Shown piece by piece: positions 29,486 through 40,615 of a stretch of DNA of 64,000 bases. The notes beneath the pieces were generated by a model. The model worked only from the letters and a program-made list of their open reading frames with translations. It made no database searches and was not told the origin of the DNA. The position numbers and the translations under genes were made by a program. This stretch comes from an uncultured Gemmatimonadales bacterium (lineage in GTDB: Bacteria > Gemmatimonadota > Gemmatimonadetes > Longimicrobiales > Gaopeijiaceae). The stretch lies in assembly GCA_963823035.1 (NCBI GenBank), contig CAWGKG010000023.1, positions 231,460-295,459 on the forward strand, written 5' to 3'. Positions within the stretch are counted from its first letter, which is position 1; each line of letters begins with the position of its first letter.

Positions 29486-31842
29486 CTACATCCGGAAGAG
29501 GTAGGACAAGCTCCACGAAGAAGGCGTCCGCCCGCCGGTCCAGACCCGCGGAAGTGGAAGGCGCGCTCCTCCGGCGAGCGTGCTCCCGTAGCCCAGGAAC
29601 ACCACGGTCCCTGGCGTCGGCCGGTAGGAGAAGAGCGCGTCGAAGCGGAAGTCGTTCTCGTCGACGACGCGGGGGCGAGCCTCGTAGACGCCCGTGGTAT
29701 GGGGTTCTAGCTGCAGGATCGGCCGCCCCGTGCGCCCGTCGTCCCGAAGCACGTCCTGCCGTCGGGACACATACTGGCCCACGAGCCGCACGAAGAGCTG
29801 GCCGCGCAAGCTGGTACTCCATCTTGAGCCTCGGCACCTGGACCACCGTCACCTGGCTGCGGTTCGAGGTGCGCATCACCCGGGTCTCGGAGTACTTGCC
29901 CTCCACGCGCACCCGTTCGGTCAAACCCCAGGTGGTGCCGACGTCCGTCCACACGATCCAGCCCGGCGCCCACTCGGCGAAGTTCTCGTCCCGACCCAGG
30001 AGACGACGAAGCCGCTGGCGGAGAAGGTCGGGAACTGCGGCGTGCCGAAGCTCACCACGAAGTCGTAGTTGGTGATGCTCGGTCGACCCACGAACGCGAC
30101 GGTGTCTGCACCCAGGTCGATTCCGTAGCCGTCGTAGAGCCCGGGAGGCGTGAGGAAGTTCTCGAGAAGGAAGGACGCACCCATCGTCCAGCCGCCCTTG
30201 AACACGAGCGAGTTGTTGAAGTGCATCTTCGCCTCGTCCGCGCGCCCGTGTCCCAGACGATCGTAGAGCCAGAGGCCGTCGAAGCGGATGCTCGTGGACC
30301 AGCTCTCCCAGCGGGAGTCGGCGCCGCCGAAGCGCGTGACGCGCGGCGTGAAGTCCAGCGACGCGATGCCCGGCCGGGACTGGAAGCCGCTCCCCGCCAG
30401 GAAGTCCGGATCGCTCCCGCGTCGACGACACGGACCACCCGAACGAGCGCCCGGAGCGGCGCAGGCTCACGTTCCACATGGGCGCGGACACCGCGGTGCC
30501 GTCCCGGCGCGTGCGGCTCGCCGCGATCTGAGGCGCTGAACGTGAGCGGGCCGGAGACGAGGCGCGTGTCGACGGATCCGACCCGGTTGTAGTCGTTTCC
30601 CTCGACGCGGTCGGTCCAGGTGAAGCCCATCGCTGCCCGACTGCCCACCGGCCTGCGCAGCCGGAGGATGTTGTAGATGGGCCGATCCGCGCCGGACCGG
30701 GACAGCGCCCGGTCGTCGACAGCGGACAGGAATCCCACGTCGGTTCCGGACACGTTGCCGGCGAGCTTGACCCGCGGCGACGGGATCCACGATGCGGCGG
30801 GTGTAGATGAGGTTGCCGGGCGCGGCGAACTGCTCGGCGCCCTCCAGGAAGAACGGACGCTTCTCCGGATACGAGAGCGCGTTGCGGGGGTCGAACTGGA
30901 TCTTCGCGGCGTCCGACTCCACCTGGGAGAAGTCCGGGTTCACCGTGCCGTTGAGGGTCAGGTCGGTGGTGATGCCCAAGCGTGCGTTGCCGCCCCATTG
31001 GGTGGCCTGCCGGTCGTAGCCCCACGCGGGGGCGGCCCGGCGCGCCCACCACCTGGCTGGTCACCGACGGGTTCAGGTCGAGGGCCAGCCCGCGGCGCAT
31101 GCCGGCCAGGCCCTCGAGCGTGCCGCTCTGCGCCAGGAACGAGGTCTCGCCCCGCCGCGCCGGCGTCCACGTCTGCACGGAGCCGGAGTGCTGCACCCGG
31201 CGGAGCACGTTGATCCCCCACGTCTGGGGCTCGCCCGAGGGATAGCGCAGGCTCTTGAAGGGGATGCGGATCTCCACCTCGTAGCCGTCCGTCGGTGACC
31301 CGTCCCTTCGACTCGAAGACGTAGTCGGGGCTCAGGTCGAGGCGACCCTCCGCTTCCTCCGCGCTGAACATCCCGTCCGGAACGCTGCTCCTCCGTCTGC
31401 GTGCCGTCGGCCTGGATCCCCAGCGCGTTCACCGCGAAGAGGAGCGCGCGCCGGCCGTCGTGGAACGGATCGAGGAGCAGCTCGACGTAGTCGTCGCCGA
31501 AGATGTGGTCGCGGTCGGCCAGCGTCGCGTTCACCGGAGCGTGGGGCTCGTGCGCGCGCACGCCCACCACGAGCTGATGGGACGAGTACCACACCAGCAC
31601 CTCCGTCCGATCGGGCGCGCGGCAGGCCGTCCACCGGCTGGTACTGGGAGAAGTCGGTCAGCAGGGCCGCGGCGCTCCACACCTCCTCGTCCAGGACGCC
31701 GTCGATGCGGACCTCGGCCTCCAGACGTGGCACGGCCACGGCGGTCTCCATCTCCGCACCGCGGTAGGTCTGTCCGTCGGGGACGGGGCCGCGCGCCGCC
31801 AGTGGCGGCCAGAAGCGCGAGCATCGGGATCGGGAGCGTCAT
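29486..31842 (-). CDS. CBM9-like domain + DUF5916 outer-membrane protein (many frameshifts)
   Basis: IDGVLDEEVW, EIRIPFKSLRY, TVNPDFSQVESD, YPEKRPFFLEG, IYTRRI, C-terminal SYLFRM in successive frames. Confidence 0.85.
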
Positions 31843-32045
31843 GGAGACAACCTACGCAGGTCGCCCCCCATCGGGTACGCTCGCCGGGACGAAGCGCGGC
31901 TTCGACGTCACGAGCCGCCCGACGGCGGGAGACATGCGAGACCACGAAGCGCGCGTCCGGCGCTCTGGTGCCCCGCCCCCGCGCGGACTAACCTGGAACC
32001 CGATGTCGTCGCGGACGAGGCGCGGGCTTCGCGGGAGGGGGACCG

Positions 32046-33534
32046 ATGCGGGGATTCCACGGTGGGCGGATCACGACGTGGCGGCTGGGCCGCGTGGCGC
32101 TCGCCCTCGCGGTCTGGGTCGGGTTCGCTGCCGCCGCGGCCGCCCAGCAGGAGCCCACCTTCCCCACGCTCCCCCCCGACGTCCCCGCCGGCCAGGGTCG
32201 CACGCAGCCCTGCCTCGACCAGGTGGACGGCGAGGCGTTCTGCGGCCGCTTCCGCGTCTGGGAGGACCGCGAGGCGCAAAACGGACGGACCGTCGACGTC
32301 GCCTTCGTGGTGCTGAAGGCGCTGCAGGACCGCGGCAACACCGACGCGTTCGTGCCGTTCAGCGGCGGCCCGGGCGCGCCCACCACGCGCGGTGCCTTCT
32401 TCTTCGCGCGCGGCCTCTCCGACCTCCGCCAGGACCGGGACGTCGTCCTGGTCGACCACCGTGGGACGGGCAACTCGGCGCGCTCGTCTGCGACAACCCC
32501 TTCCCCGGCGGCGTCGCCTCCCGGTTCGAGACGGTCTTCCCGCTCGATCACGTGGACGCCTGCCGCGACATGCTGTCCCGCCGCGCCGATCTGTCGCAGT
32601 ACTCGACCCCCGCCGCCATGGACGACCTGGCGGACCTCACCGCCTGGCTCGGCTATACGCAGCTCGACCTCAGCGGGGGGTCGTACGGCACCCGCGAGGC
32701 CCAGGTGTTCGCGCGACGCCACCCGGACCGGGTGCGCGTCGTGATCCTGAACGGCGTGGCCCCGGTGGACCGGCGGGTCTACCTCGAGCACGCGCGTACC
32801 CTTCAGGAGGCCCGCTCGACACGTGCTCGCGGAGTGCGCCGCCCAGCCGGCGTGCACAGGCCTACCCGGGGCTCGAGGCCGTGCTCGAGGAGGACCTCGA
32901 GACCGCGACGCATGATCCCCCGCAGGTGGTCGTCCAGGGAGAGACCGTGCTGCTTCGGCATCGGCCCGTTCTCCTACGCGCTGCGCGGCCTCCTCTACGC
33001 CCAGGCGGGCTCCGTCCCCGAGCGGCTCTTCGAGGCCCACGAGGGGGATTGGCAGTCGCTGCGGAGTACTACCTGGGCCGCCAGGCGTGGGTCGGTGGTG
33101 CGGGCGGCGTCCCCGCCGGATACCACTTCTCGGTGCTGTGCGCCGAGGACATCGATCCGCTCAGCGGGACGACATCCCCCGCGCGACCGAGGGCACCTTC
33201 ATGGGCGACTTCCTCATCGCCGCCTACAAGCGGGCCTGCGACCCCTGGCCTGCCGCCGACCTCCCCGAGGGCTACTTCACCCCGGTGCCTCGGACAAGCC
33301 CGCCCTGCTCCTCTCCGGCGGGAGCGATCCGGTCACGCCCGTGGCCGGCGCCGTCGAGGTGGCGAAGGGCTGGCCGAACGCGCTGCACGTCGTCGTGCCG
33401 AACGGGGGGCACGGCCAGGGCGGCCCGTGCATCGCAGCGATGGAGCTGCAGCTGGTGCGGACGGGCTCCGTCGAGGGGATCGACACGAGCTGCGTGCGGG
33501 TCCCCCGCCCACCGGGTTCGAGATCGCGAGGTAG
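32046..33534 (+). CDS. Exported alpha/beta hydrolase, TAP-like peptidase family (several frameshifts)
   Basis: FSGGPG, VDHRGTG, GGSYGT nucleophile, DPVTP, GHG, distributed over frames. Confidence 0.85.
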
Positions 33535-33589
33535 CGAGGGGTACGCTCGCTCCTCCCGCCGACACCTCTTCCTTCTTCCGAGGAAGCCC

Positions 33590-34738
33590 ATGCCGAGCCG
33601 ACGCGAGTTCCTCACAGCCGGAGCCGCGGGCCTGGTCCTTCTCGGCGGACGCCGCGACCTGCTCTCCGCGGCGGCTCCGGCGGCTCCCCGAGCGGAGGCA
33701 CGCCGCGCCCTCTCGATCCTCATCCTGGGAGGCACCGGCTTCATCGGACCCCACCTGGTCGCCTACGCGCTCGGGAGGGGACACTCGATCACCACGTTCA
33801 CGCGGGGACGGACGCTCCCCACCGTGCACCGGGACCTCTTCACCCAGGTGGAGCCGCTGGTCGGAGACCGGGCGAACGACCTGGAGGCGCTCCGCGGGCG
33901 GTCCTGGGACGCGGTGATCGACAACTCCGGCCAGCGCACGGCGTGGACGCGGGACTCGGCGACCCTCCTGAAGGACCACGTCGGCCTCTACCTCTACACC
34001 TCGTCCACGGGCGTCTACTACCCGTACCTCACGGCGGGCATCACGGAGGACACGGACCCGGTGCTGGAGATGCCGGCCGGGCTCGACGAGGAGCGATCCG
34101 TCGAGTACGGCTACGGCGTGATGAAGGCGACGTCGGAGCTCGAGGCCCGCAAGGCGTTCGGCGACGACCGCACGATCGTGGTGCGCCCCACCTACATGAT
34201 GGGCCCCGCGGACACCTCGGACCGATTCCCGTACTGGCCCGAGCGCCTGTCCCGCGGCGGCGAGGTGCTCGTGCCCGGCAACGCCGACGACCCCGTCCAG
34301 TACATCGACGTCCGCGACGTGGCCTCCTGGATGATCCGCCTGATCGAGGACAACCGGACCGGCACCTTCAACGCGGTCGGGCCGGCGTCCACCACGGGCA
34401 TGCAGCGGTTCGTGCACGGCGCGCACGCCGCGTTCAGCTCGCAAGCCGACTTCGTCACGGTGGACGACTACGCGTTCCTGAAGGAGCAGAGGGTCTACGC
34501 CGTGGTCCCCTGGATCATGCCGGTCGACGAGAACTTCGGCTCCGCGCGCATCGACAACCGCAAGGGGATCGCCAACGGGCTCACCTTTCGCCCCCTCGCC
34601 GAGAGCATGCGGGACACGCACGAGTGGTGGTACAGCGACGGCGTGACCGAAGAGCGGCGGCAACGTCTGGTCTCCGGGGAGCACTCGTTCATGGCCAGGG
34701 AGGCCGCCATCCTGAAGGCGTGGAAGGCGCGGGGCTGA
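33590..34738 (+). CDS. Tat-signal NAD-dependent epimerase/dehydratase (atypical SDR)
   Basis: SRREFL leader, ILGGTGFIG, YTSSTGVY, YGVMK (YxxxK), VQYIDVRD. Confidence 0.9.
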   Translation: MPSRREFLTAGAAGLVLLGGRRDLLSAAAPAAPRAEARRALSILILGGTGFIGPHLVAYALGRGHSITTFTRGRTLPTVHRDLFTQVEPLVGDRANDLEALRGRSWDAVIDNSGQRTAWTRDSATLLKDHVGLYLYTSSTGVYYPYLTAGITEDTDPVLEMPAGLDEERSVEYGYGVMKATSELEARKAFGDDRTIVVRPTYMMGPADTSDRFPYWPERLSRGGEVLVPGNADDPVQYIDVRDVASWMIRLIEDNRTGTFNAVGPASTTGMQRFVHGAHAAFSSQADFVTVDDYAFLKEQRVYAVVPWIMPVDENFGSARIDNRKGIANGLTFRPLAESMRDTHEWWYSDGVTEERRQRLVSGEHSFMAREAAILKAWKARG

Positions 34739-34760
34739 GCCGCCCTCGAAGCGAATACCC

Positions 34761-34804
34761 TTGCGAGAAAAGTGAGTCGCCTACTACCTTGCGCGACAAG
34801 GTAG
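34761..34804 (+). promoter_or_regulatory. Sigma-70-like promoter with overlapping operator dyad
   Basis: TTGCGA (34761)-N18-TACCTT (34785); perfect dyad CTACCTTG-cgcga-CAAGGTAG (34784-34804). Confidence 0.55.
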
Positions 34805-34832
34805 CCGGACGACACCAGTGCGGGAGGGGACG

Positions 34833-35763
34833 ATGACGGGCGGAACGAGCAGGTGGACGGTGGCCGCGCACGGCGCGATGAGGGCGGTCCTGGTCGTCAC
34901 GATCGCGGCCGCGCCGGCGGGCGCACAGGCGAATCCGGGCCTCCTGGTGACGCCGCAGGAGATGGCGACAGGGGTGCGGGGCGGTGCCGTCGTGCTGCAC
35001 GTGGGGCCGGACTCGGCGTACGCGACCGAGCACGTGGCCGGCGCGCGGCTGGTCTCCCTCCAGGACGTCTCGGCGCCCCGCGACGCGTCGGACGAGGACG
35101 CGCTGATCCTCGAGTTGCCCGCGCCGGCCGCCCTGGAGGCGAAGCTCGAGAGCCTGGGCATCTCGGACGACTCGCAGGTCTACGTGTACTGGGCGGACGA
35201 GTGGTTCTCGCCGACCACCCGCATCGTCTTCACGCTCGACTGGGCGGGGCTCGGCGACCGGGTGCACGTGCTGGACGGAGGACTCCCGGCGTGGAAGGCA
35301 GCCGGGTACGACGTGACCGACGCCGTCCCGCCCGCCGGGCACGGCCGCCTCACCGTCCACCCGCGACCGGAGCTGGTGGTCGACGCGCGCGTGGGTGCAG
35401 GCGCACGTGAAGGACCGCGGCATCCAGGTCGTGGACGCCCGCGCCGGCGTGGTCTACGACGGCACCCGCGAGGATCGGGGCCTGCACGGCCACATCGACG
35501 GCGCCGGCAGCGTCCCCTTCCCCTCGATGTTCGACGACGACGGCAAGGTGCTCGGGCGCGACGCGCTCCGCGCCCTGCTCGCGAAGGGCGGCGTGGAGGA
35601 CGGCGACACCGTCGTCGCATACTGCCACATCGGCCAGTACGCCACCGCCGCGATCTTCGCGGCCCGCCTGCTCGGCCACCCGGTCAAGCTGTACGACGGC
35701 GCGTGGCAGGACTGGGCCGGGCGGGGACTTCCCGCCGTGACGAAGAACACGTCCGGGTCGTGA
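34833..35763 (+). CDS. Exported tandem-domain rhodanese/sulfurtransferase (frameshift near 35390)
   Basis: HVAGA, LESLGISDDSQVYVY, LDGGLPAW, VDAR, GHIDGA, active loop YCHIGQYA, LYDGAWQDW; signal peptide. Confidence 0.9.
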
Positions 35764-36284
35764 CCCCCCCGGAGGGCCGGCCCTACCTGAACCCCTACCT
35801 CGCCGGCGTCGGGATCGGCGCCGTGCTGCTGGCGGCGTACGTCGTCATGGGCCAGGGGATCGGCGCGTCGGGCGCGTTCTCCTCCGTCGTCGCGTCGGGG
35901 GTCGCCGCGGCCAGCCCGGCGCACGCGGCGGCCAACCCCTCGTACGCGGCGTACGTCCCGAGAGGCCCGCTCAGCCTCTTCCACGACTGGTTCGTCTGGG
36001 AGATCGCGGGCGTGATCGTGGGCGGAGCCCTGTCGGCGTGGCAGGCCGGCCGGTTCCGCGTGGCCACCGAGCGCGGCCCCCGCCTGACCGATCGCGGGCG
36101 TTGGGGGTGGGCGTTCGCGGGCGGGATGCTCATGGCCGTCGGGGCGAAGCTCGCGCGCGGTTGCACGTCCGGTCAGGCGCTCTCGGGCGGCGCGATGCTG
36201 TCCGTGGGGAGCTGGCTCTTCATCGTCGGCGCGTTCGCTGCGGGCTATCTGGCGGCGCCGCTCTTCCGGCGGCTCTGGACATGA
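35760..36284 (+). CDS. YeeE/YedE family sulfur-compound transporter half 1
   Basis: YLNPYLAG, GAKLARGCTSGQALSG; GTGA overlap. Confidence 0.9.
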   Translation: MTPPEGRPYLNPYLAGVGIGAVLLAAYVVMGQGIGASGAFSSVVASGVAAASPAHAAANPSYAAYVPRGPLSLFHDWFVWEIAGVIVGGALSAWQAGRFRVATERGPRLTDRGRWGWAFAGGMLMAVGAKLARGCTSGQALSGGAMLSVGSWLFIVGAFAAGYLAAPLFRRLWT

Positions 36285-36859
36285 GCGCTCCCTACTACCT
36301 GTCGGGTGCCTTCGGAGAGACGGGCGGGCTCGTGGTCGCCCTGGTGCTCGGCCTGGCGTTCGGATGGTTCCTCGAGCGGGCGGGACTCGGCAACGCGCGT
36401 AAGCTCGTGGGCCAGTTCTACCTGACCGACCTCACGGTCTTCAAGGTGATGTTCTCCGCGATCATCACCGCGCTGCTCGGCGCCTTCTGGCTGTCGCGCC
36501 TGGGCGTGCTCGACCTGGGCGCCGTCTTCGTCCCCGAGACGTTCGTCCTGCCGCACCTGGTGGGTGGGGTCGTCTTCGGCGTGGGAATGGTGGTGGGAGG
36601 GCTGTGCCCCGGCACGTCCTGCGTGGCCGCGTCGACGGGGCGCACCGACGGCCTCTTCGTCGCGCTCGGCATGCTGGTCGGGATCGCGGTCTTCAACGAG
36701 TCGTTCTTCCTCGTCGACGGTTTCTACGCCTCCACGCCCATGGGCGCCGTCACCCTCCCCCAGCTCCTGGGCGTGCCCGAGGGTTGGGTCGTCCTCGCGG
36801 TCGTCGCGGCCGGGCTCGGCGGCTTCCGCGTCGCGGAGCGGCTGGAGCGCCGGGGGTGA
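36281..36859 (+). CDS. YeeE/YedE family sulfur-compound transporter half 2
   Basis: FGWFLERAG, FYLTDLTVFKVMFSAI, GGLCPGTS; ATGA overlap. Confidence 0.9.
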   Translation: MSAPYYLSGAFGETGGLVVALVLGLAFGWFLERAGLGNARKLVGQFYLTDLTVFKVMFSAIITALLGAFWLSRLGVLDLGAVFVPETFVLPHLVGGVVFGVGMVVGGLCPGTSCVAASTGRTDGLFVALGMLVGIAVFNESFFLVDGFYASTPMGAVTLPQLLGVPEGWVVLAVVAAGLGGFRVAERLERRG

Positions 36860-37473
36860 GCCCCGCGACGCTGGGCCGGGCCGCCGCCCTCCTGGCGGTG
36901 GCCGCGGCGTGGGTGGGGGATCCGGCGCCCCCCGGCTTGCGTCCCGACGCCGTGCGGGCCCTCGCCTCCGGTGGCGGTGCCGTGAGCGCCGTGCAGCTCG
37001 CGGAGTGGATCCGCGACCAGGAGGAGGGGCTGCGGATCTTCGATCTCAGGGACTCCGCCACCTTCGAGGCCTGCCACCTTCCCACCGCCGAGCACGCCGA
37101 CCTCGAGACGCTGCTGCGCGGCGGCGTGCCGGGCAGCGGGACCGTCGTCCTCTACGCCGACGGCGCGCTCGCGGCCCAGGCGTGGGTCGTGCTCGCGAGG
37201 GCGGGCCCGTCGAGAATCCACTGGCTGAGGGGTGGCGCCGCCGCGTGGCGGGCGTCGATCGAGGAGCCCGTCCTCCCGGCGGACGCCACGCCCGAGGAAC
37301 GCGGCGCGTGGAGCGAGGTGCGCGCGCTGAGCCTCTACTTCGGAGGCCTGCCCCACCGCGGGGAGCGGGCCGTGGCCGGCCAGCCTCCGGCGTGGTTCGG
37401 CACGAGCGACGACGTCGCGAAGGCCCTCGCGGACGCGGTGGACGCGTCCCGACGCCGCGGCTGCGGCTTCTGA
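36856..37473 (+). CDS. Single rhodanese-like domain protein lacking loop Cys, with C-terminal RRRGCGF
   Basis: VSAVQLAEWI, IFDLR...HLPTA, VVLYADG, LRGGAAAW, SLYFGG, terminal RRRGCGF. Confidence 0.8.
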   Translation: MSPATLGRAAALLAVAAAWVGDPAPPGLRPDAVRALASGGGAVSAVQLAEWIRDQEEGLRIFDLRDSATFEACHLPTAEHADLETLLRGGVPGSGTVVLYADGALAAQAWVVLARAGPSRIHWLRGGAAAWRASIEEPVLPADATPEERGAWSEVRALSLYFGGLPHRGERAVAGQPPAWFGTSDDVAKALADAVDASRRRGCGF

Positions 37474-37495
37474 TCCCCCTCCGTACACGCCGTTC

Positions 37496-37537
37496 TTGAA
37501 CGGATAGGTCGTGACACATACTATGTGACGCCACATA
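37496..37537 (+). promoter_or_regulatory. Sigma-70 promoter with PadR-like operator
   Basis: TTGAAC (37496)-N17-TACTAT (37519); CACATA-c-TATGTG-acgc-CACATA (37515-37537). Confidence 0.7.
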
Positions 37538-37561
37538 TGGTCACGCCGACGGGAGGGTGGG

Positions 37562-37891
37562 ATGACGCGGGTGACGGAGGCCTGGATCCGAGGCGCGGGG
37601 CGGCTGGCCGTGCTCAAGCTCCTCGACGAGCGCGAGATGTACGGGTACGAGCTGGCCGAGGCGCTCGACCGGGAGTCGGAGGGCGTCCTCGCCATGGGGC
37701 ACTCCACGCTCTATCCCCTCCTCTACAACCTCGAGGAGAAGGGACTGATCGCGCAGCGTGCCCCACGCTCCGCCCACGGGAGGACGCGGAAGTACTACGC
37801 CGTGACGGCGGCCGGCCGTAGGTGGCTGAAGCAGCACCAGCGGGAGTTCGCGGGGCTGGTCGAGGCGATGGGAAAGCTGGGCCTCACGTGA
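37562..37891 (+). CDS. PadR-family transcriptional regulator
   Basis: VLKLLDEREMYGYEL, STLYPLLYNLEEKGLI, RKYYAVTAAGR. Confidence 0.93.
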   Translation: MTRVTEAWIRGAGRLAVLKLLDEREMYGYELAEALDRESEGVLAMGHSTLYPLLYNLEEKGLIAQRAPRSAHGRTRKYYAVTAAGRRWLKQHQREFAGLVEAMGKLGLT

Positions 37892-40569
37892 GCGCGCTGC
37901 CCCCCGCCCTCCCGGCGGAGCTCCGGGACGCGATCGACGCCGTCCTCGCGCGGGCCGACCTCGACGAAGGCGCGGCCCGCGAGGTCCGCGTCGACCTCGA
38001 GCAGCATTTCCGCGACGGCCTGGCCGCGGGGAGATCCGTCGAAGAGCTGTTGGGGCGCTTCGGGAATCCCGAGGAGGTCGCGCCGCTCCTGGCGCGGAGC
38101 CCAGGCCCGCCCCGGCCGGGCGGGCCGCCCGGGCCGGGGACGGCCTGCTCGGCGCGCTCCGCCTCGACCTGCGCCAGGCCGTGCGGCTGCTCGTCAGGAG
38201 CCCCACCCTGACCCTCACGGCCACGGTGGTCCTCGCGCTCGGAATCGGCGCCAACGCCGTGGTGTTCACGGTGGTGAGCGAGCTCCTCCTCCGCCCCCTC
38301 CCCGTGGCCGACCCTTCGACGCTTGGTCGACGTGTGGCCCGACGTGCGCGGCGGCAACAGCTTCCTCGGCTTCTCCTGGGAGGACTTCCAGGCCTATCGG
38401 GACGACCCCGGGCCGCTCGTGGACCTCGCGGCGTTCAGCGGGCTGCGCCTGACCCTGGGTGACCCCGGCGAAGGCGAGGGCGTGGTGGGCCAGCTCGTCT
38501 CACCGGGCTACCTACCCATGCTCGGGCTGGGCGCGTCCGCGGGGCGCATCGCCTTCGCGGAGGGTGCGTCGTTCGGCGAGCCCCCCACCGCCGTGCTCGC
38601 CTGGGCGTTCTGGCAGCGCGCGTTCGGGGGAGATCCGGGGGTGATCGGAAGCACGATCCGCCTCGACGGACATCCGGTCACGGTGATCGGCGTGGGCCCC
38701 GAGGGGTTCTCGGGACACTTCATCGGCTTTCCCACGGACGTCTGGCTACCGCTCGCGGCCGCCGACCCGTTCCTCGAGGGCTTCGATCCGTCCGACCCCA
38801 CGCAGAAGCCGCTGGAGATGATCGGGCGGTTGCGGTCGGGAACGTCTCCCGAGGCCGCACGTGCCGCCCTCAACGCGGTGGCCGAGCGCCTCGAGGCTCG
38901 CCACCCCGACGCCAACCGCGGCCGCCGCGTCGGCGTGACGCGCACCACCGGGCTGGACCACGGCCTGCAGGGCGCCGTCCGTGCGTTCGTCGCCATCCTG
39001 ACGGTGGTGTCCTCCCTCGTGCTGTTGATCGCCTGCCTCAACGTGGGCAGCGTTCTCCTGGTGCGTGCGATGTCGCGCGAGCGGGAGATGGCCGTCCGCC
39101 TCGCCATCGGCGCCGGGAGGGCCCACCTGGTCCGCCAGATCCTGACCGAGACGTCCCTCCTCGTCGCGCTCGGCCTGGGACTCGGCGTCGCCGTGGCGAT
39201 GCGCCTCAACGGCCTCCTCGCCGACCTGGTGCGCAACGCGACGGGGGGCCTCGGTCTCGAGCTCGAGGTGGACGGGCGCGTCCTCGCGCTCACGGGAGGT
39301 GCAGCGCTCGCGGCGGCCCTCATGGCCAGCGCCGCCCCGGCGCTCCACCTCCTCGGCAGGAACCCGGCGGGCGCCCTGAGGGCCCGCGGCGGGGGCAGCA
39401 CCGGCCGCGGGCGCCTGCGGGCCTCGCTGGTGGTGGCGCAGGTGGCGGTCTCCGTGGTGCTCGTGCTCGCGACGGGACTGTTCGTGCGCGCCCTGGTGGC
39501 CGGCGCCACCGTCGACCCGGGCTTCGACGCGGACCACCTCGCCTCGTTCACCCTCTTCGTCGACCCGGACGGCTTCGACGACGCCACGCGAGAGGCCGTG
39601 CAGCGCGACGTCCTCGCGGGCGTGGCGGGGCTGCCCGGCGTACAGGCCGCCACGATCGCGGACGGCCCCGTGATCGGGCAGGCACGCACCCCCCTCGCCG
39701 TGGAGATCGCCGGCGTGCTTCCGCCAACGGGTCAGGACGACCTGGTGGTCGACGCGCGCAGGGTGGGCGCGGGATACCTGGGCGCCCTGGGGACACCCCT
39801 CCTCGCCGGGAGGGACTTCGACGACGGCGACGCCCGGGAGGGCCCGCCGGTGGCGGTGGTGAACGCCGCGTTCACGCGCCGGTTCTGGCCCGGCGAGGAT
39901 GGCGTGGGGAGGGTGTTCCGCGCCGGCGGACAGGACGTTCGCGTCGTGGGCGTGGCGGCCGATGCGCGCTATCTGGTGCAGGACGACACGCCCGATCCCT
40001 TCGTGTACCTGTCGTGGGGAGGGCCGCGCCCGGCGCGGGCCACCGTCACGGTGCGGGCAGCGCACCCGCTCGAACTGTCAGGCGGGATCCGCCGCGTGGT
40101 CGCCGTAGCCGTGCCCGGTCACCGCGCCGTCGACGTGCGCACCGCGCGCCAGGCGCTGCGGAGCGGGTTGTTCCCCCAGCGCATGGGCGCCCTCATCGTC
40201 GGGGCGATGGGCCTGACGGCCCTCCTCCTCGCCACGGTCGGGCTCTACGGCCTGATCCAGTTCACCGTGACGCGCGATACCCACGAGCTGGGCGTGCGCC
40301 TCGCGTTGGGAGGGAGCGGCTCGGACGTCCTGGCGGTGGTGCTGCGGAAGGGCCTCCTCCTCGTGGCGCTCGGCACGGCCGTGGGCGTGGCGGTGGCCCT
40401 CGTGGCCGCACCCAACCTGGGCGCGTTCCTGGGGGGCGTGAGCCCGAAGGACCCGCTCACCTACGCCGTGGTGATCCTGTCCTTCGGGGCGGTGGCCCTC
40501 CTGGCCTGCTGGCTGCCGGCCCGCCGGGCGGCCCGCATCTCGCCGACGGAGGCGCTACGGGGAGAGTGA
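37888..40569 (+). CDS. Duplicated MacB/FtsX ABC permease (ADOP type) with N-terminal permease-prefix domain (frameshifts ~38140, ~38320)
   Basis: EVRVDLEQHF...RFGNPEEV prefix, LALGIGANAVVF, LLIACLNVGS, VRLAIGAGR, CWLPARRAARISPTEALRGE. Confidence 0.9.
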
Positions 40570-40615
40570 GGGTGCCGAAATCGAGGCGAGGACGTTGGTG
40601 GGCGTCCGCGTCGCC

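Noticed and set aside
31460..34738. Apparent hydrolase-epimerase fusion
   Set aside because: Frameshift artefact; the epimerase has its own RBS, ATG (33590) and Tat leader.
34818..36284. Apparent rhodanese-YeeE fusion protein
   Set aside because: Created by an indel near 35390; the second rhodanese domain is in another frame and ends at a GTGA overlap with the YeeE start.
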